Below, piece by piece: positions 44,198 through 53,045 of a DNA stretch of 64,000 bases; the first letter of the stretch is position 1; each line of letters starts with the position of its first letter. The notes beneath the pieces are model-generated. The model did not search any database. It saw nothing but the letters and a program-made list of their open reading frames with translations, and had not been told where the DNA came from. The DNA comes from Candidatus Saccharimonadota bacterium (lineage in GTDB: Bacteria; Patescibacteriota; Saccharimonadia; Saccharimonadales; UBA10212): NCBI GenBank assembly GCA_022841445.1, contig JALHRM010000001.1, forward strand, positions 195,777-259,776, written 5' to 3'. Made by a program: the position numbers and the translations under genes.

Positions 44198-46951
44198 TTA
44201 GTTTATGTCGGCGCCGTTCGGTAGCAAAGACAACAGCAAATCACTAACACTATAAAATGGAGCATAGGTATTCGTGTACGTCTGTGTGGAACGTATCCAG
44301 CGCTTTTGGCCAGCATCCACAGCATAAACCGTTGGCCCACTACCTTTTATAGTTGCGGATATTGATGCCCCTGAGGGTACATAAGCCCAAAATGAATCAC
44401 TCACAGTCGATATATTAGAACCTGTTGTCCAGCTGCTTTGCACCGTTCCGTTAATAAAAGCCTTCTTCGCCCCAGAATCCAGCACTGATTCTCCCCCGCT
44501 GGATTTTCTGATTAGATTCTTTGCTGTCGCCACCGTTGAGCCAGTTATATCAGACGGTGTAATTTCCATGATTTTGCCACCCGATTGATATCCATAGTTA
44601 AAAACTTGCGCTGTACTAGTTAGATGATACAGGTTTGACCCAGCATTATCTGCTACAAATATACGTTGATCGGCTGCATCGGTAGAACGCACAAAAATAG
44701 TAAGCGGCGTGCTCGGTGCCACCCTTTGCATAAAAGCCTGGGATGGCTGGGTCGGTGATGTTGTCAAGTTCCATATACCTGCCATATCGGTATTAAACGT
44801 CAGATGTGACTTACCATTTCGAACCAAGTAATACGCACTGCCAATCTTGACTCTGTCTGTCAGTGAGCTGGCGTTACTGAAACGACTAATAGTAGAGGCA
44901 TCAACAGCGTCAGGCGATGTAAGGTTCCAATGGGAAGCAACGGCACCACTAACTGAGTACCTATTACCGCTATCTATAACATAGTTTGTGCCACCACTAC
45001 TTAAGTAACTTCCCACGAAACCGCCATGAGTAAATTGGTTGAGTACATAGTCAGAAACTGATGTAATAGTAGAACCTCCGGCTAGGTATGTTAGGTCTTG
45101 GGGGCCTCTGATGTGCCTAATACTGCCGTCATCCATGAGATAGACCGGTGAGCTATTAAAGCCTTTCAATAGACCGCTAGCGGTCTCCCCAGCTGGCAGG
45201 GCTGCCATCAAGGCCGAACTCGCTGAATAGACATTGGATGTTCTATACCCACTATCTATTGCCGAAGGTACTGTTATCCTACGACCATCCATAAGATATA
45301 GTTGACCCGAAACATCGGCTAGGTATGTGTTTATCACGGCGCCGACTGTCAACAGGTTAAGAGTACCTTGGTTAACCACATTTACATCAGGATTAGCACC
45401 GATCCCCCAGGCTCGGAGTAATTCCTGAGAACTTATGGCATGCCTTGAAGTATCAACGAGATAAACGGTTGATGAACCCACACCTCTTATAAAGTGACTC
45501 GCCGGAGATGAGGTTACCAGCCGATTCATTGTAAGGTCAGAAACTGTCATTGGTGATCCTGGATACAGTGGTGCTATAGCGGCCGATAAATATAACTTTT
45601 GAGACGCTGTTACATTGTACTGGTCGGCGCTTGATGCTCGTTTAGCCTTATTTGTAGTAATAGAAGACCCTGTGTTGTTTAATTTATTAGAATAATCTGT
45701 GGAGAGGTCTATAACTTTTGGACTGTCTCCCTCCCAAGCAGCAAGAATATTGCCGTTACTGTATTGCCTGATTGAGTCACCGTCCATCATATACACTGCG
45801 GTACTACCATTTTTCCTAAGCGCATACGATAATGCACCTTGATTTACCGGAACTCTAGACAAATCAACACTTACATCAATGGTGGCGGCTGGGTTTAGCC
45901 CCCATACGGTCATCATATTTGGATCTAAAATCTTGTAGGAGTTACCATTATCAACAAAATATATGTCATGAGAACCAGAAGCTCGCAATAGCCGATCAAC
46001 CGGCTGCGATGCTTGAGTTATCGAACCAAGATACAGACCCGTCATTTGGGCAAGCGGCAGGTCGTCAAAACCCCATGCTCGAGCTATTTCTTCGTTTGGC
46101 ACTAAGCGCCGAATTCCCTTATATATAACCCACTGCCTAGGATCTCCATTGTCGTTATAGGACGTTGCCAGTACAAATCCCTCACCCGTAGTTGGACCAA
46201 ACCAATCTGTAAAATTACGCCAGAAGTTACGATTACCATAAGCTGCACAGCTATATCCTGGATCTCCCTGTGGCACCGAACTGTAAAGATAATTCATAAC
46301 TGAGGGATTGGGTTGATAGGGTGTATAGGCGTACAAGGCCATCGTTGCACGATTCTCGATAAAAACTGTAGGCGCTGCGCAACCAGGCAAGTAAGGTATG
46401 TTATTGTTTCCCAGCAAAAACGGCGTGTACTGGCTTGGGTCGTTATTCATGATTTTACGGAACATCCGGGCTGCATAGTATAGCTGATTAGTAAAACCGT
46501 ACGTCCCTTGGCAAGCAGGAGGAGGTGGCCCATCAGGAACACAGAATCCTGTCGCATACGTGTATTCGTATGATCCAGGCGATGTATCAGACACTAGTCC
46601 CTGCTCTTTTTGTAATAGAACAATCATTGCCTGAGGGTTTATCGAAAACGCCTGTGACTGCTCCCATATTATTTGGGCGGCACTTTTGCCATTCTCGGTA
46701 AAGTCTTTCAAACATGTGTGACCCGCCTGACAATTTTGTACTTTGGAGTTTAAAAACGCCTGTATTGTTTGCGGCGACATACTATTTTGATTAGTAAAAG
46801 TAGAGTCGTCTATAATCCGACCCGGTTTAAAGTCCACTGCGTTTGCACTAAAAGTATGCCGTGCGGGCAATAGAAGGAACGCGACAAACGCAATTGCAAG
46901 AGCAAACATGGATGCGAGAATAATGTAGCTTCTTTTTCTGTTAATTAACAT
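44198..46951 (-). CDS. 917-aa membrane-anchored/secreted protein: conserved Cys-rich hydrolase-like head + at least 9 degenerate beta-repeats
   Basis: Head: IQAFLNS...INPQAMIVLLQKEQGLV...ALYAYTPYQPN...YGNRNFW. Body: repeats of the type (V/I)Y(L/M/F)(V/M)DxGxx(R/H)xIxxxxxxxxWG. Confidence 0.75.
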   Translation of the reverse strand: MLINRKRSYIILASMFALAIAFVAFLLLPARHTFSANAVDFKPGRIIDDSTFTNQNSMSPQTIQAFLNSKVQNCQAGHTCLKDFTENGKSAAQIIWEQSQAFSINPQAMIVLLQKEQGLVSDTSPGSYEYTYATGFCVPDGPPPPACQGTYGFTNQLYYAARMFRKIMNNDPSQYTPFLLGNNNIPYLPGCAAPTVFIENRATMALYAYTPYQPNPSVMNYLYSSVPQGDPGYSCAAYGNRNFWRNFTDWFGPTTGEGFVLATSYNDNGDPRQWVIYKGIRRLVPNEEIARAWGFDDLPLAQMTGLYLGSITQASQPVDRLLRASGSHDIYFVDNGNSYKILDPNMMTVWGLNPAATIDVSVDLSRVPVNQGALSYALRKNGSTAVYMMDGDSIRQYSNGNILAAWEGDSPKVIDLSTDYSNKLNNTGSSITTNKAKRASSADQYNVTASQKLYLSAAIAPLYPGSPMTVSDLTMNRLVTSSPASHFIRGVGSSTVYLVDTSRHAISSQELLRAWGIGANPDVNVVNQGTLNLLTVGAVINTYLADVSGQLYLMDGRRITVPSAIDSGYRTSNVYSASSALMAALPAGETASGLLKGFNSSPVYLMDDGSIRHIRGPQDLTYLAGGSTITSVSDYVLNQFTHGGFVGSYLSSGGTNYVIDSGNRYSVSGAVASHWNLTSPDAVDASTISRFSNASSLTDRVKIGSAYYLVRNGKSHLTFNTDMAGIWNLTTSPTQPSQAFMQRVAPSTPLTIFVRSTDAADQRIFVADNAGSNLYHLTSTAQVFNYGYQSGGKIMEITPSDITGSTVATAKNLIRKSSGGESVLDSGAKKAFINGTVQSSWTTGSNISTVSDSFWAYVPSGASISATIKGSGPTVYAVDAGQKRWIRSTQTYTNTYAPFYSVSDLLLSLLPNGADIN

Positions 46952-47411
46952 TAATCGTCTTACTACTTTCAGTGTTTGTGTCCAATACGCTTAACTTTAT
47001 ACTCCACTCGCCTTTTGCTGGTATATCCAATTTTGAAATGTTAAATCCTTCACAAGCATAGTATGAATTGGTAAGTATGATAGGTGCCTGTCTTTCTATA
47101 GTCTGTTGGCCTACTTTAGTCAGTTCGAGCCTACATTGTCCCTGACTTACCCCTTGAATTATCGTTCTGATGTACACAAATTGCTCATCCTGCGATAAGT
47201 TGGTTATGCTAATAATGCCTAAATTTTGAGTTGGTGCTTCAGTATTCGGGGCAGGAAGCGGGCTGCCATCATCACTTGCAGTTCTTTGCTCGGCTGGATT
47301 ACTTACTCCAGCGGGTGTAGGACTCTGGGCAGTATCCTTCATGAAGAAGAGAAAAGCCAAAACGACAATTAAGATTACACCGATTGATGCTATTAAGTAT
47401 TTACGATTCAT
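46941..47411 (-). CDS. Membrane-anchored small beta-domain protein (hypothetical)
   Basis: N-terminal helix LIASIGVILIVVLAFLFF, Pro/Ala linker, and a domain of about 90 aa with two Cys. Overlaps the downstream gene by 11 nt. Confidence 0.5.
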   Translation of the reverse strand: MNRKYLIASIGVILIVVLAFLFFMKDTAQSPTPAGVSNPAEQRTASDDGSPLPAPNTEAPTQNLGIISITNLSQDEQFVYIRTIIQGVSQGQCRLELTKVGQQTIERQAPIILTNSYYACEGFNISKLDIPAKGEWSIKLSVLDTNTESSKTINVN

Positions 47412-47552
47412 TTTTGTTTTTAAATTATACCTTCACATTAATTTAATATTGCAAAACTGTAAAGCTTTTTCTGCTACACAACACTAGTTAATAACAGTGT
47501 AACGCTATAACTTGACAATAAATACAAATACGTTGCAGAACTTACTGGTACA

Positions 47553-48095
47553 CTAGGGGTCTACTTTTTTAGCAACTAGCGTATAGTGGACAGGCATTAG
47601 CCACCTATCATCTGCTTCCAGGCCATTAAGTTCGACTATTTCAAAATTTTTAAACAGCGCCCTCAGCCCATGCTCCGTAAACCTCCAGCAATCAGGCAAA
47701 GGGCCATGTATGCGAAAATTAAACGGGGCAGAAACAAATACCAATCCGCCAGGCTTCAAAATTCTACCTATTTCTAAAACTGCATCAAAGGGTTGAAGCG
47801 TATGCTCTAGAACTTCTGTGCAAACTACGAAATCAAACCGTCCGTCAGGAATCGTCTTCTTGTTGTTTGCACAAATGTCGGCGATATAGCTTGCTGACGA
47901 TTCAGAATCAATGTCGAGAGTTTCGATTATGCTTCTAGTGAAGTAGGGCTCGGCACCTTCGTGTACCTGTGGAGCTATGTCTAGCAAGATCGCTCCATCC
48001 CTATCATATTTTTCAGCTGACTTTTTCATAAAACCAGTGACGTTTGCCCGAATAAGCTTGAAATGTTCTTCATCAGTTCTTGAGATAATACCCAT
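47553..48095 (-). CDS. Class I SAM-dependent methyltransferase
   Basis: FDFVVCTEVLEHT and LKPGGLVFVSAP (Methyltransf_11-like). Motif I is atypical (ILLDIAPQ). Confidence 0.65.
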   Translation of the reverse strand: MGIISRTDEEHFKLIRANVTGFMKKSAEKYDRDGAILLDIAPQVHEGAEPYFTRSIIETLDIDSESSASYIADICANNKKTIPDGRFDFVVCTEVLEHTLQPFDAVLEIGRILKPGGLVFVSAPFNFRIHGPLPDCWRFTEHGLRALFKNFEIVELNGLEADDRWLMPVHYTLVAKKVDP

Positions 48096-48096
48096 T

Positions 48097-49374
48097 TTAA
48101 AATTTCTCCATCAAGGCCTCTATCATATGTGCGTCAAAGACGGGTATTCCCAACTTCTTGCTAACTTTTCGCCGTTCCTCGAATGAATCGTCAACAAATA
48201 TGGCGTCCTGTTCGGCAATATAGTCACACTTTTCCTTATCATCTGATATCACAATTATTTCATCGAACATATTTTGCAGTCGATGAGATGCAAGTGTGCT
48301 ATGGATGTCTTGTTTATGTTTTGATAATAAATGTACTTTTTTATTTTGATTTATACACTGATAAACGAATGATACCACTGTCGGATTTACTTTGTTTTCT
48401 AATATTAATAAATCATCTAGGTCTATGTATACATGCTGATACTGTATGTTATGCGAATAACGGGCTTGGAGGGCTCTATCTGTGCGTATGTGATAGCTAT
48501 TTTTTGTAACTTCAACATCGTAATCCATGGCATCAAAAAGACCAAGTAGCGGCAAGTTAACTCCTTTACTTCGGGATAAGCCCATAGTACCGGCAATACG
48601 AGAAGCGATTTCTAGTAGTGCAAGCTCTCCGTCAGCATTTTCCTTTAACTGAAAAAACCACGGTCCTCGAAAAGCTAAATTTTCATTAATTATTTTTGAG
48701 ATACCGTAAATTCTTGGGTTATCTATAAACTCACTGTTTACACTGATTCCGCCGGATGTTCTGATGCGCTCTCTTCCTTCTGAGTAGAGCAACTTACCGT
48801 TTCTATCAGTAAAGCAATCAACCGTATACTCCCTTCCGGGTAAGTACTCCATAATTAGCTGATCAGAATACTTTTTCATGTAGAAAGCCGCCTCAGTCTC
48901 ATCTTCTACCAAGTAAGCCCCTCTTGATCCTTGGCCTTTATCAGGTTTTACGAAAGCTGGGTAACTAGCCTCTGATATTCCGCCATACAACTTCGGAGTT
49001 GCTACTTTTTGTCGAAGAGTTTCATACGTCCTTCTTTTGGAACGAGCGATTTCACAAGTATCATACGGTGATGTTACAACGCAGCACCTTAGCCTTTGCT
49101 GATTAGCTTCCCTAGCGAGCACCAAAACAACGTCGTCGTGTGCGGGGTAAATATAGTCAATACTGTATTCTTCGATAATATCATTTAACCTACTTATGAA
49201 ACTTTGATCGTACACATATGGGATGTTCCCGATATAGTTTTTATAGGCAAATCTTCCGTGATCATCAATCGATGAACCGCCATAAATATTAAAGTGTGTT
49301 GAGTACTGTAGTGAACGGCCAATTTCAAGACCAACTTCTGTGCCGCACGGAAATACTAAAACGTTCTTTTTCAT
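48097..49374 (-). CDS. ATP-grasp ligase domain fused to a C-terminal HAD-like domain
   Basis: ATP-grasp strings PAFVKPDKGQGSRGAYLV and LIMEYLPGREYTVDCF. The last 100 aa or so are HAD-like (IFVDDSFEERRKV). Confidence 0.7.
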   Translation of the reverse strand: MKKNVLVFPCGTEVGLEIGRSLQYSTHFNIYGGSSIDDHGRFAYKNYIGNIPYVYDQSFISRLNDIIEEYSIDYIYPAHDDVVLVLAREANQQRLRCCVVTSPYDTCEIARSKRRTYETLRQKVATPKLYGGISEASYPAFVKPDKGQGSRGAYLVEDETEAAFYMKKYSDQLIMEYLPGREYTVDCFTDRNGKLLYSEGRERIRTSGGISVNSEFIDNPRIYGISKIINENLAFRGPWFFQLKENADGELALLEIASRIAGTMGLSRSKGVNLPLLGLFDAMDYDVEVTKNSYHIRTDRALQARYSHNIQYQHVYIDLDDLLILENKVNPTVVSFVYQCINQNKKVHLLSKHKQDIHSTLASHRLQNMFDEIIVISDDKEKCDYIAEQDAIFVDDSFEERRKVSKKLGIPVFDAHMIEALMEKF

Positions 49375-50444
49375 TTATTTAGAAGCTTACAAATTTTTAT
49401 TACTGTTTGCTCCTCAAGTCCTGGGTATAGAGGAAGACAAAGTATTCGCCGTGTTATGTCTTCGGATATAGGACACTTCTGAGCATCATTTATATACGAT
49501 AAAGTGTTGAGCGATGGGTAGAAGTATCTCCTCGGGAATATATTTTCTTTTGCCATTCTGTCCAAAACGGCCATAAGCTCGTCTTCACTTTGAAATAATA
49601 GGGGATAGTACGAATAATTGTAATCTGTATCAGAACCAATAGCCGGTCTGGCAAAGCCATTGGGCAACATTTGATCATAAAGTTCGAATATTCTTTTCCT
49701 TTCGCTAATAAAGTCACTCACACGCGAGATGTTACACAGTCCCATCGCCGCATGAAATTCAGATACTTTAGCATTGATACCTAGCATTTTATGATCATCG
49801 AGCTGGTGGCCGAACCTTTTCATAAGCTCGACACGATCACTAACTCGTTTATCATTAACGACTAAGCAGCCGCCCTCTATGGTATGAAAAACTTTGGTTG
49901 CATGAAAACTACATGTTGATATATCGCCATAATCTAACAGTGACCGACCCTTATATAGCACCCCAAATGCATGCGCAGCATCGTATATAACCGGTATTTT
50001 GTACTTTTTTGATAATGTATCGATTACTTCTATATCACAAGGTCGACCAAACACATGAACCGCCATTATGGCTTTTGTTTTTTTTGTAATAGCGGCCTCG
50101 ATTTTACTAGCGTCGATATTAAACGTGTCTGGTTCAATATCAACAAAAACTGGCTTTAGTTTTTCCCAAAGTATTGATGATGTAGTAGCAACATAAGAAA
50201 AAGGCGTGGTAATCACCTCGCCTTCTTCAATTTGCAAAGCCTTAAGTGCAAGCTGCAGTGCAACGGTACCATTGGCTACATAATGGAGATTTTTAACTCC
50301 TAGGTAGGTACAAAGTTCCCTTTCAAGCTCTATTAGCAGTGGCCCTTGATTCGTGACCTGGCCTGTTTGCCATACCTTGGCAAGGTACCCCTGGTATTCT
50401 TCCAGTGGAGGCAGATAAGTTTTTGTTACGTTTATTTTGCTCAT
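49371..50444 (-). CDS. DegT/DnrJ/EryC1/StrS-family PLP-dependent sugar aminotransferase
   Basis: NGTVALQLAL, DAAHAFG, CSFHATKVFHTIEGG (PLP lysine). Confidence 0.88.
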   Translation of the reverse strand: MSKINVTKTYLPPLEEYQGYLAKVWQTGQVTNQGPLLIELERELCTYLGVKNLHYVANGTVALQLALKALQIEEGEVITTPFSYVATTSSILWEKLKPVFVDIEPDTFNIDASKIEAAITKKTKAIMAVHVFGRPCDIEVIDTLSKKYKIPVIYDAAHAFGVLYKGRSLLDYGDISTCSFHATKVFHTIEGGCLVVNDKRVSDRVELMKRFGHQLDDHKMLGINAKVSEFHAAMGLCNISRVSDFISERKRIFELYDQMLPNGFARPAIGSDTDYNYSYYPLLFQSEDELMAVLDRMAKENIFPRRYFYPSLNTLSYINDAQKCPISEDITRRILCLPLYPGLEEQTVIKICKLLNK

Positions 50445-50559
50445 TTAAATTACTCCCGGATCGGATTCTCAAAACATACGACTCACTATATTCTACAGGC
50501 GTATAGACAAATGGAACAGCCGTCACGGTAAGCCATGTTAGTATTAGCCCCTAAAGGGT

Positions 50560-51831
50560 ATGATAGATGTAATGTCCGATGCTAAACGAATCGTAGTTTT
50601 CTTCATCCCCCCTGAAAAAATTATTAACGGGGGGGTGCTTTCTATTTTTTCAATATGTAAAACAAGCAGAGAGTTTTTCGATATACACGGTGCAGATGTC
50701 TACCTCTCAGTTTATCCAGGCAAAAAAAGCTACAAAAAAAATGATCTTTTTAAAAACGATGAGGTTATTCTCGAATTTGATGAAATAGTCAAAAAAGGCA
50801 CTCCTGAGATGCTGCAGCTACATGTACCAGAGTATGCGTCACACGATGTACTTGTCTCACTGCAAAAATATAAAAACTATCTTGGAAGAATTAAAGACTT
50901 AAGTGTTAACATACTTAATCAAAATATTCTTTTAATGCAACCAAATAATGAAGTGGCTAAGTGGTTTAGTATTACCAATAATGTCACCCAAACAACCGCT
51001 CACAGCAAATATGCTACTCAAGAGCTTAGTGATAAGTACTACTTGCCCACTCATCACTTATCAACCTTTGTTGATCATATCCAGTATGAATACTTGAATT
51101 TTGAAGAAAAGCGCGACTTAATAGTTTTTTCACCTGACGAAACGTCTTTGCGCGAAGAAATTATATCGGCACTGAAAACGGCGTTGCCGGAATTTGAGTT
51201 TGTGACGATTCAAGATATGACATACGAAAAATACAAGCAGACGATGAGCTTAGCAAAATTTGCAGTGACTTTTGGTGAAGGTTTTGACGGGTACTACGTA
51301 GAGTCTTTCTTCTCGGGAGGCATAACTTTTGCGGTATACAATGAAGATTTTTTTCCTGACATTGATTTTTCGACATATCGCAATACCTACAAAAGCTACG
51401 AGGAAATGCTAGTGAAACTACCCCTCGATATTAAAAAATACACCGACCCCAAATTATACAAAGAGGTCAATAGTGAAAATCTTAAAAAAATAAATAGCTT
51501 ATACAGCTTTTCAGCTTATCGTACTAATCTAAGAAATTTTTACCTCAAGAAATATAGATATACCCCTAAAGCAGGTGCGGGCAAAGATCTTGTTTCTCGT
51601 ATTCTAAAAGAGACTGAATCACTACTAGATGCTAAACAGCAGCTCCTTGAAGAAAAAGAGGCAGCAATCCAAGCTCAGAGCAGAATGATTGAAGAAAAAG
51701 AGGCAGCAATCCAAGCTCAGAGCAGAATGATTGAAGAAAAAGAGGCAGCAATCCAAGCATTATTGAATTCGCGTAGCTGGAAGGTTACTAAGCCACTAAG
51801 AAAAATCTCGAAAAACTTAAAAAAACACTAA
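50560..51831 (+). CDS. Hypothetical glycan-locus protein with C-terminal tandem-repeat coiled coil and SRSWKVTKPLRK tail
   Basis: No catalytic motif recognised in the first 350 aa. The C-terminus reads EEKEAAIQAQSRMI x2.6 followed by LLNSRSWKVTKPLRKISKNLKKH. Confidence 0.6.
   Translation: MIDVMSDAKRIVVFFIPPEKIINGGVLSIFSICKTSREFFDIHGADVYLSVYPGKKSYKKNDLFKNDEVILEFDEIVKKGTPEMLQLHVPEYASHDVLVSLQKYKNYLGRIKDLSVNILNQNILLMQPNNEVAKWFSITNNVTQTTAHSKYATQELSDKYYLPTHHLSTFVDHIQYEYLNFEEKRDLIVFSPDETSLREEIISALKTALPEFEFVTIQDMTYEKYKQTMSLAKFAVTFGEGFDGYYVESFFSGGITFAVYNEDFFPDIDFSTYRNTYKSYEEMLVKLPLDIKKYTDPKLYKEVNSENLKKINSLYSFSAYRTNLRNFYLKKYRYTPKAGAGKDLVSRILKETESLLDAKQQLLEEKEAAIQAQSRMIEEKEAAIQAQSRMIEEKEAAIQALLNSRSWKVTKPLRKISKNLKKH
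51649..51758 (+). repeat. Perfect 42-bp tandem repeat, 2.6 copies, in frame (14-aa double heptad)
   Basis: GAAGAAAAAGAGGCAGCAATCCAAGCTCAGAGCAGAATGATT at 51649-51690 and 51691-51732. Partial third copy at 51733-51758. Confidence 0.95.
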
Positions 51832-53045
51832 GCCTTTGACCATTTGCCCTGCAAATAAAAGTCTCCGTCCTTGTAGAGAGACTTATCAACTATGGTTACA
51901 GACGGCATTTTTGTATCATAATTTTTATCAATAACGTCTATGATTTCAGGAACATAGCCCGGTGTGTACACGCCCACACCAACGCCATACTCACCTTTAG
52001 TAAGCTGTCCTGGGTCAATTTCACATCTGAGAAGATGAGTGCCTTTCGTTGGTTTATAGCCTGCGCCAAACTCATTTGTTGAGTTTATTCCAGCCATATA
52101 TGCACCGTCCGCTTTAAGAAAAAAGAAGTTTATCTGAACTTCCGTAGGCTTACGAACCTCTATTTCAATTTCCGCGGTAATTTTATCATCTATCGAATAG
52201 CGTTGGGATGGCCTATCTCCCGACAATAGTCTAAAGTTCGTTATTTTTATGGCCGGATCTTTTGGTCTTTCTAGGGTAGTAACATCTTTTGTAGTAGCGT
52301 CTGGAGAATTAGCAAGCTCGTATCTTAACGCAATCTCGCGTGGTTTACCCATAGCGATAACTTTGGAGTCCTGTATCATGAGCGCCCTGTCGCAAAATTC
52401 CTGTACTACGCCCATATCGTGTGTAACCAGTATTACGGTCTTGTCACTATTTTTTATCTGCCTAAACACTTCAAAACATTTACGCTGAAAACTCGAGTCA
52501 CCTACGGCAAGCACCTCGTCAATCAGCATTATGTCGTTATGCGCCTGAATGGCAATTGCGAAAGCAAGACGAACCTGCATTCCTGATGAATAATTTTTTA
52601 GTTTTTGATCCATGAACTTTTCGAGTTCTGCAAAACCAACAATTTCGTCGTATTTTTCTTCAGTTTCTTTGCGCGTGAGTCCAAGTATGGCGCCATTCAA
52701 AAAAACATTCTCACGACCCGTAAGTTCCGCATTAAATCCAATGCCCAGTTCTATAAAAGGAGTAAGTGTACCATTCACCTGCACCTTACCACTAGTCGGG
52801 TAGTAGATTTTACCTATTGTTTTTAGTAGTGTGCTTTTACCGCTACCATTGCGACCAACAATTCCAAAAAACTCACCTTTTTTAACACTAAAATTGATGT
52901 TGTTAAGCACATGAAATGTTTCATAGGTTTGCCTGCTCCCAAAATTTATAAGTCGACTTTTTAAGGAGTTTTTTCGATCATGGGGCAGCCGAAAAGTTTT
53001 GTGTAAATTTTCTACCACCAAAGCGAATTCTTCGTCACTAGACAC
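51828..53045 (-). CDS. Polysaccharide/teichoic-acid export ABC transporter ATP-binding protein with C-terminal carbohydrate-binding-type extension (Wzt/TagH-like)
   Basis: GRNGSGKSTLLK, YSSGMQVRLAFA, LIDEVLAVGD, plus a beta-rich C-terminal domain of about 150 aa. Confidence 0.85.
   Translation of the reverse strand: MSSDEEFALVVENLHKTFRLPHDRKNSLKSRLINFGSRQTYETFHVLNNINFSVKKGEFFGIVGRNGSGKSTLLKTIGKIYYPTSGKVQVNGTLTPFIELGIGFNAELTGRENVFLNGAILGLTRKETEEKYDEIVGFAELEKFMDQKLKNYSSGMQVRLAFAIAIQAHNDIMLIDEVLAVGDSSFQRKCFEVFRQIKNSDKTVILVTHDMGVVQEFCDRALMIQDSKVIAMGKPREIALRYELANSPDATTKDVTTLERPKDPAIKITNFRLLSGDRPSQRYSIDDKITAEIEIEVRKPTEVQINFFFLKADGAYMAGINSTNEFGAGYKPTKGTHLLRCEIDPGQLTKGEYGVGVGVYTPGYVPEIIDVIDKNYDTKMPSVTIVDKSLYKDGDFYLQGKWSKA

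Noticed and set aside
50476-50490. T7-promoter match as cloning-vector contamination
   Set aside because: The flanking sequence on both sides continues into native-looking intergenic and coding sequence. No other vector hallmarks, such as polylinker or primer sites, are visible. I keep it as an open observation rather than an artefact call.
51649-51758. 42-bp perfect direct repeats as a possible CRISPR array
   Set aside because: The repeats are directly adjacent with no spacers, in frame within a coding sequence (a coiled coil), and there are no cas genes. This is a tandem coding repeat, not a CRISPR array.
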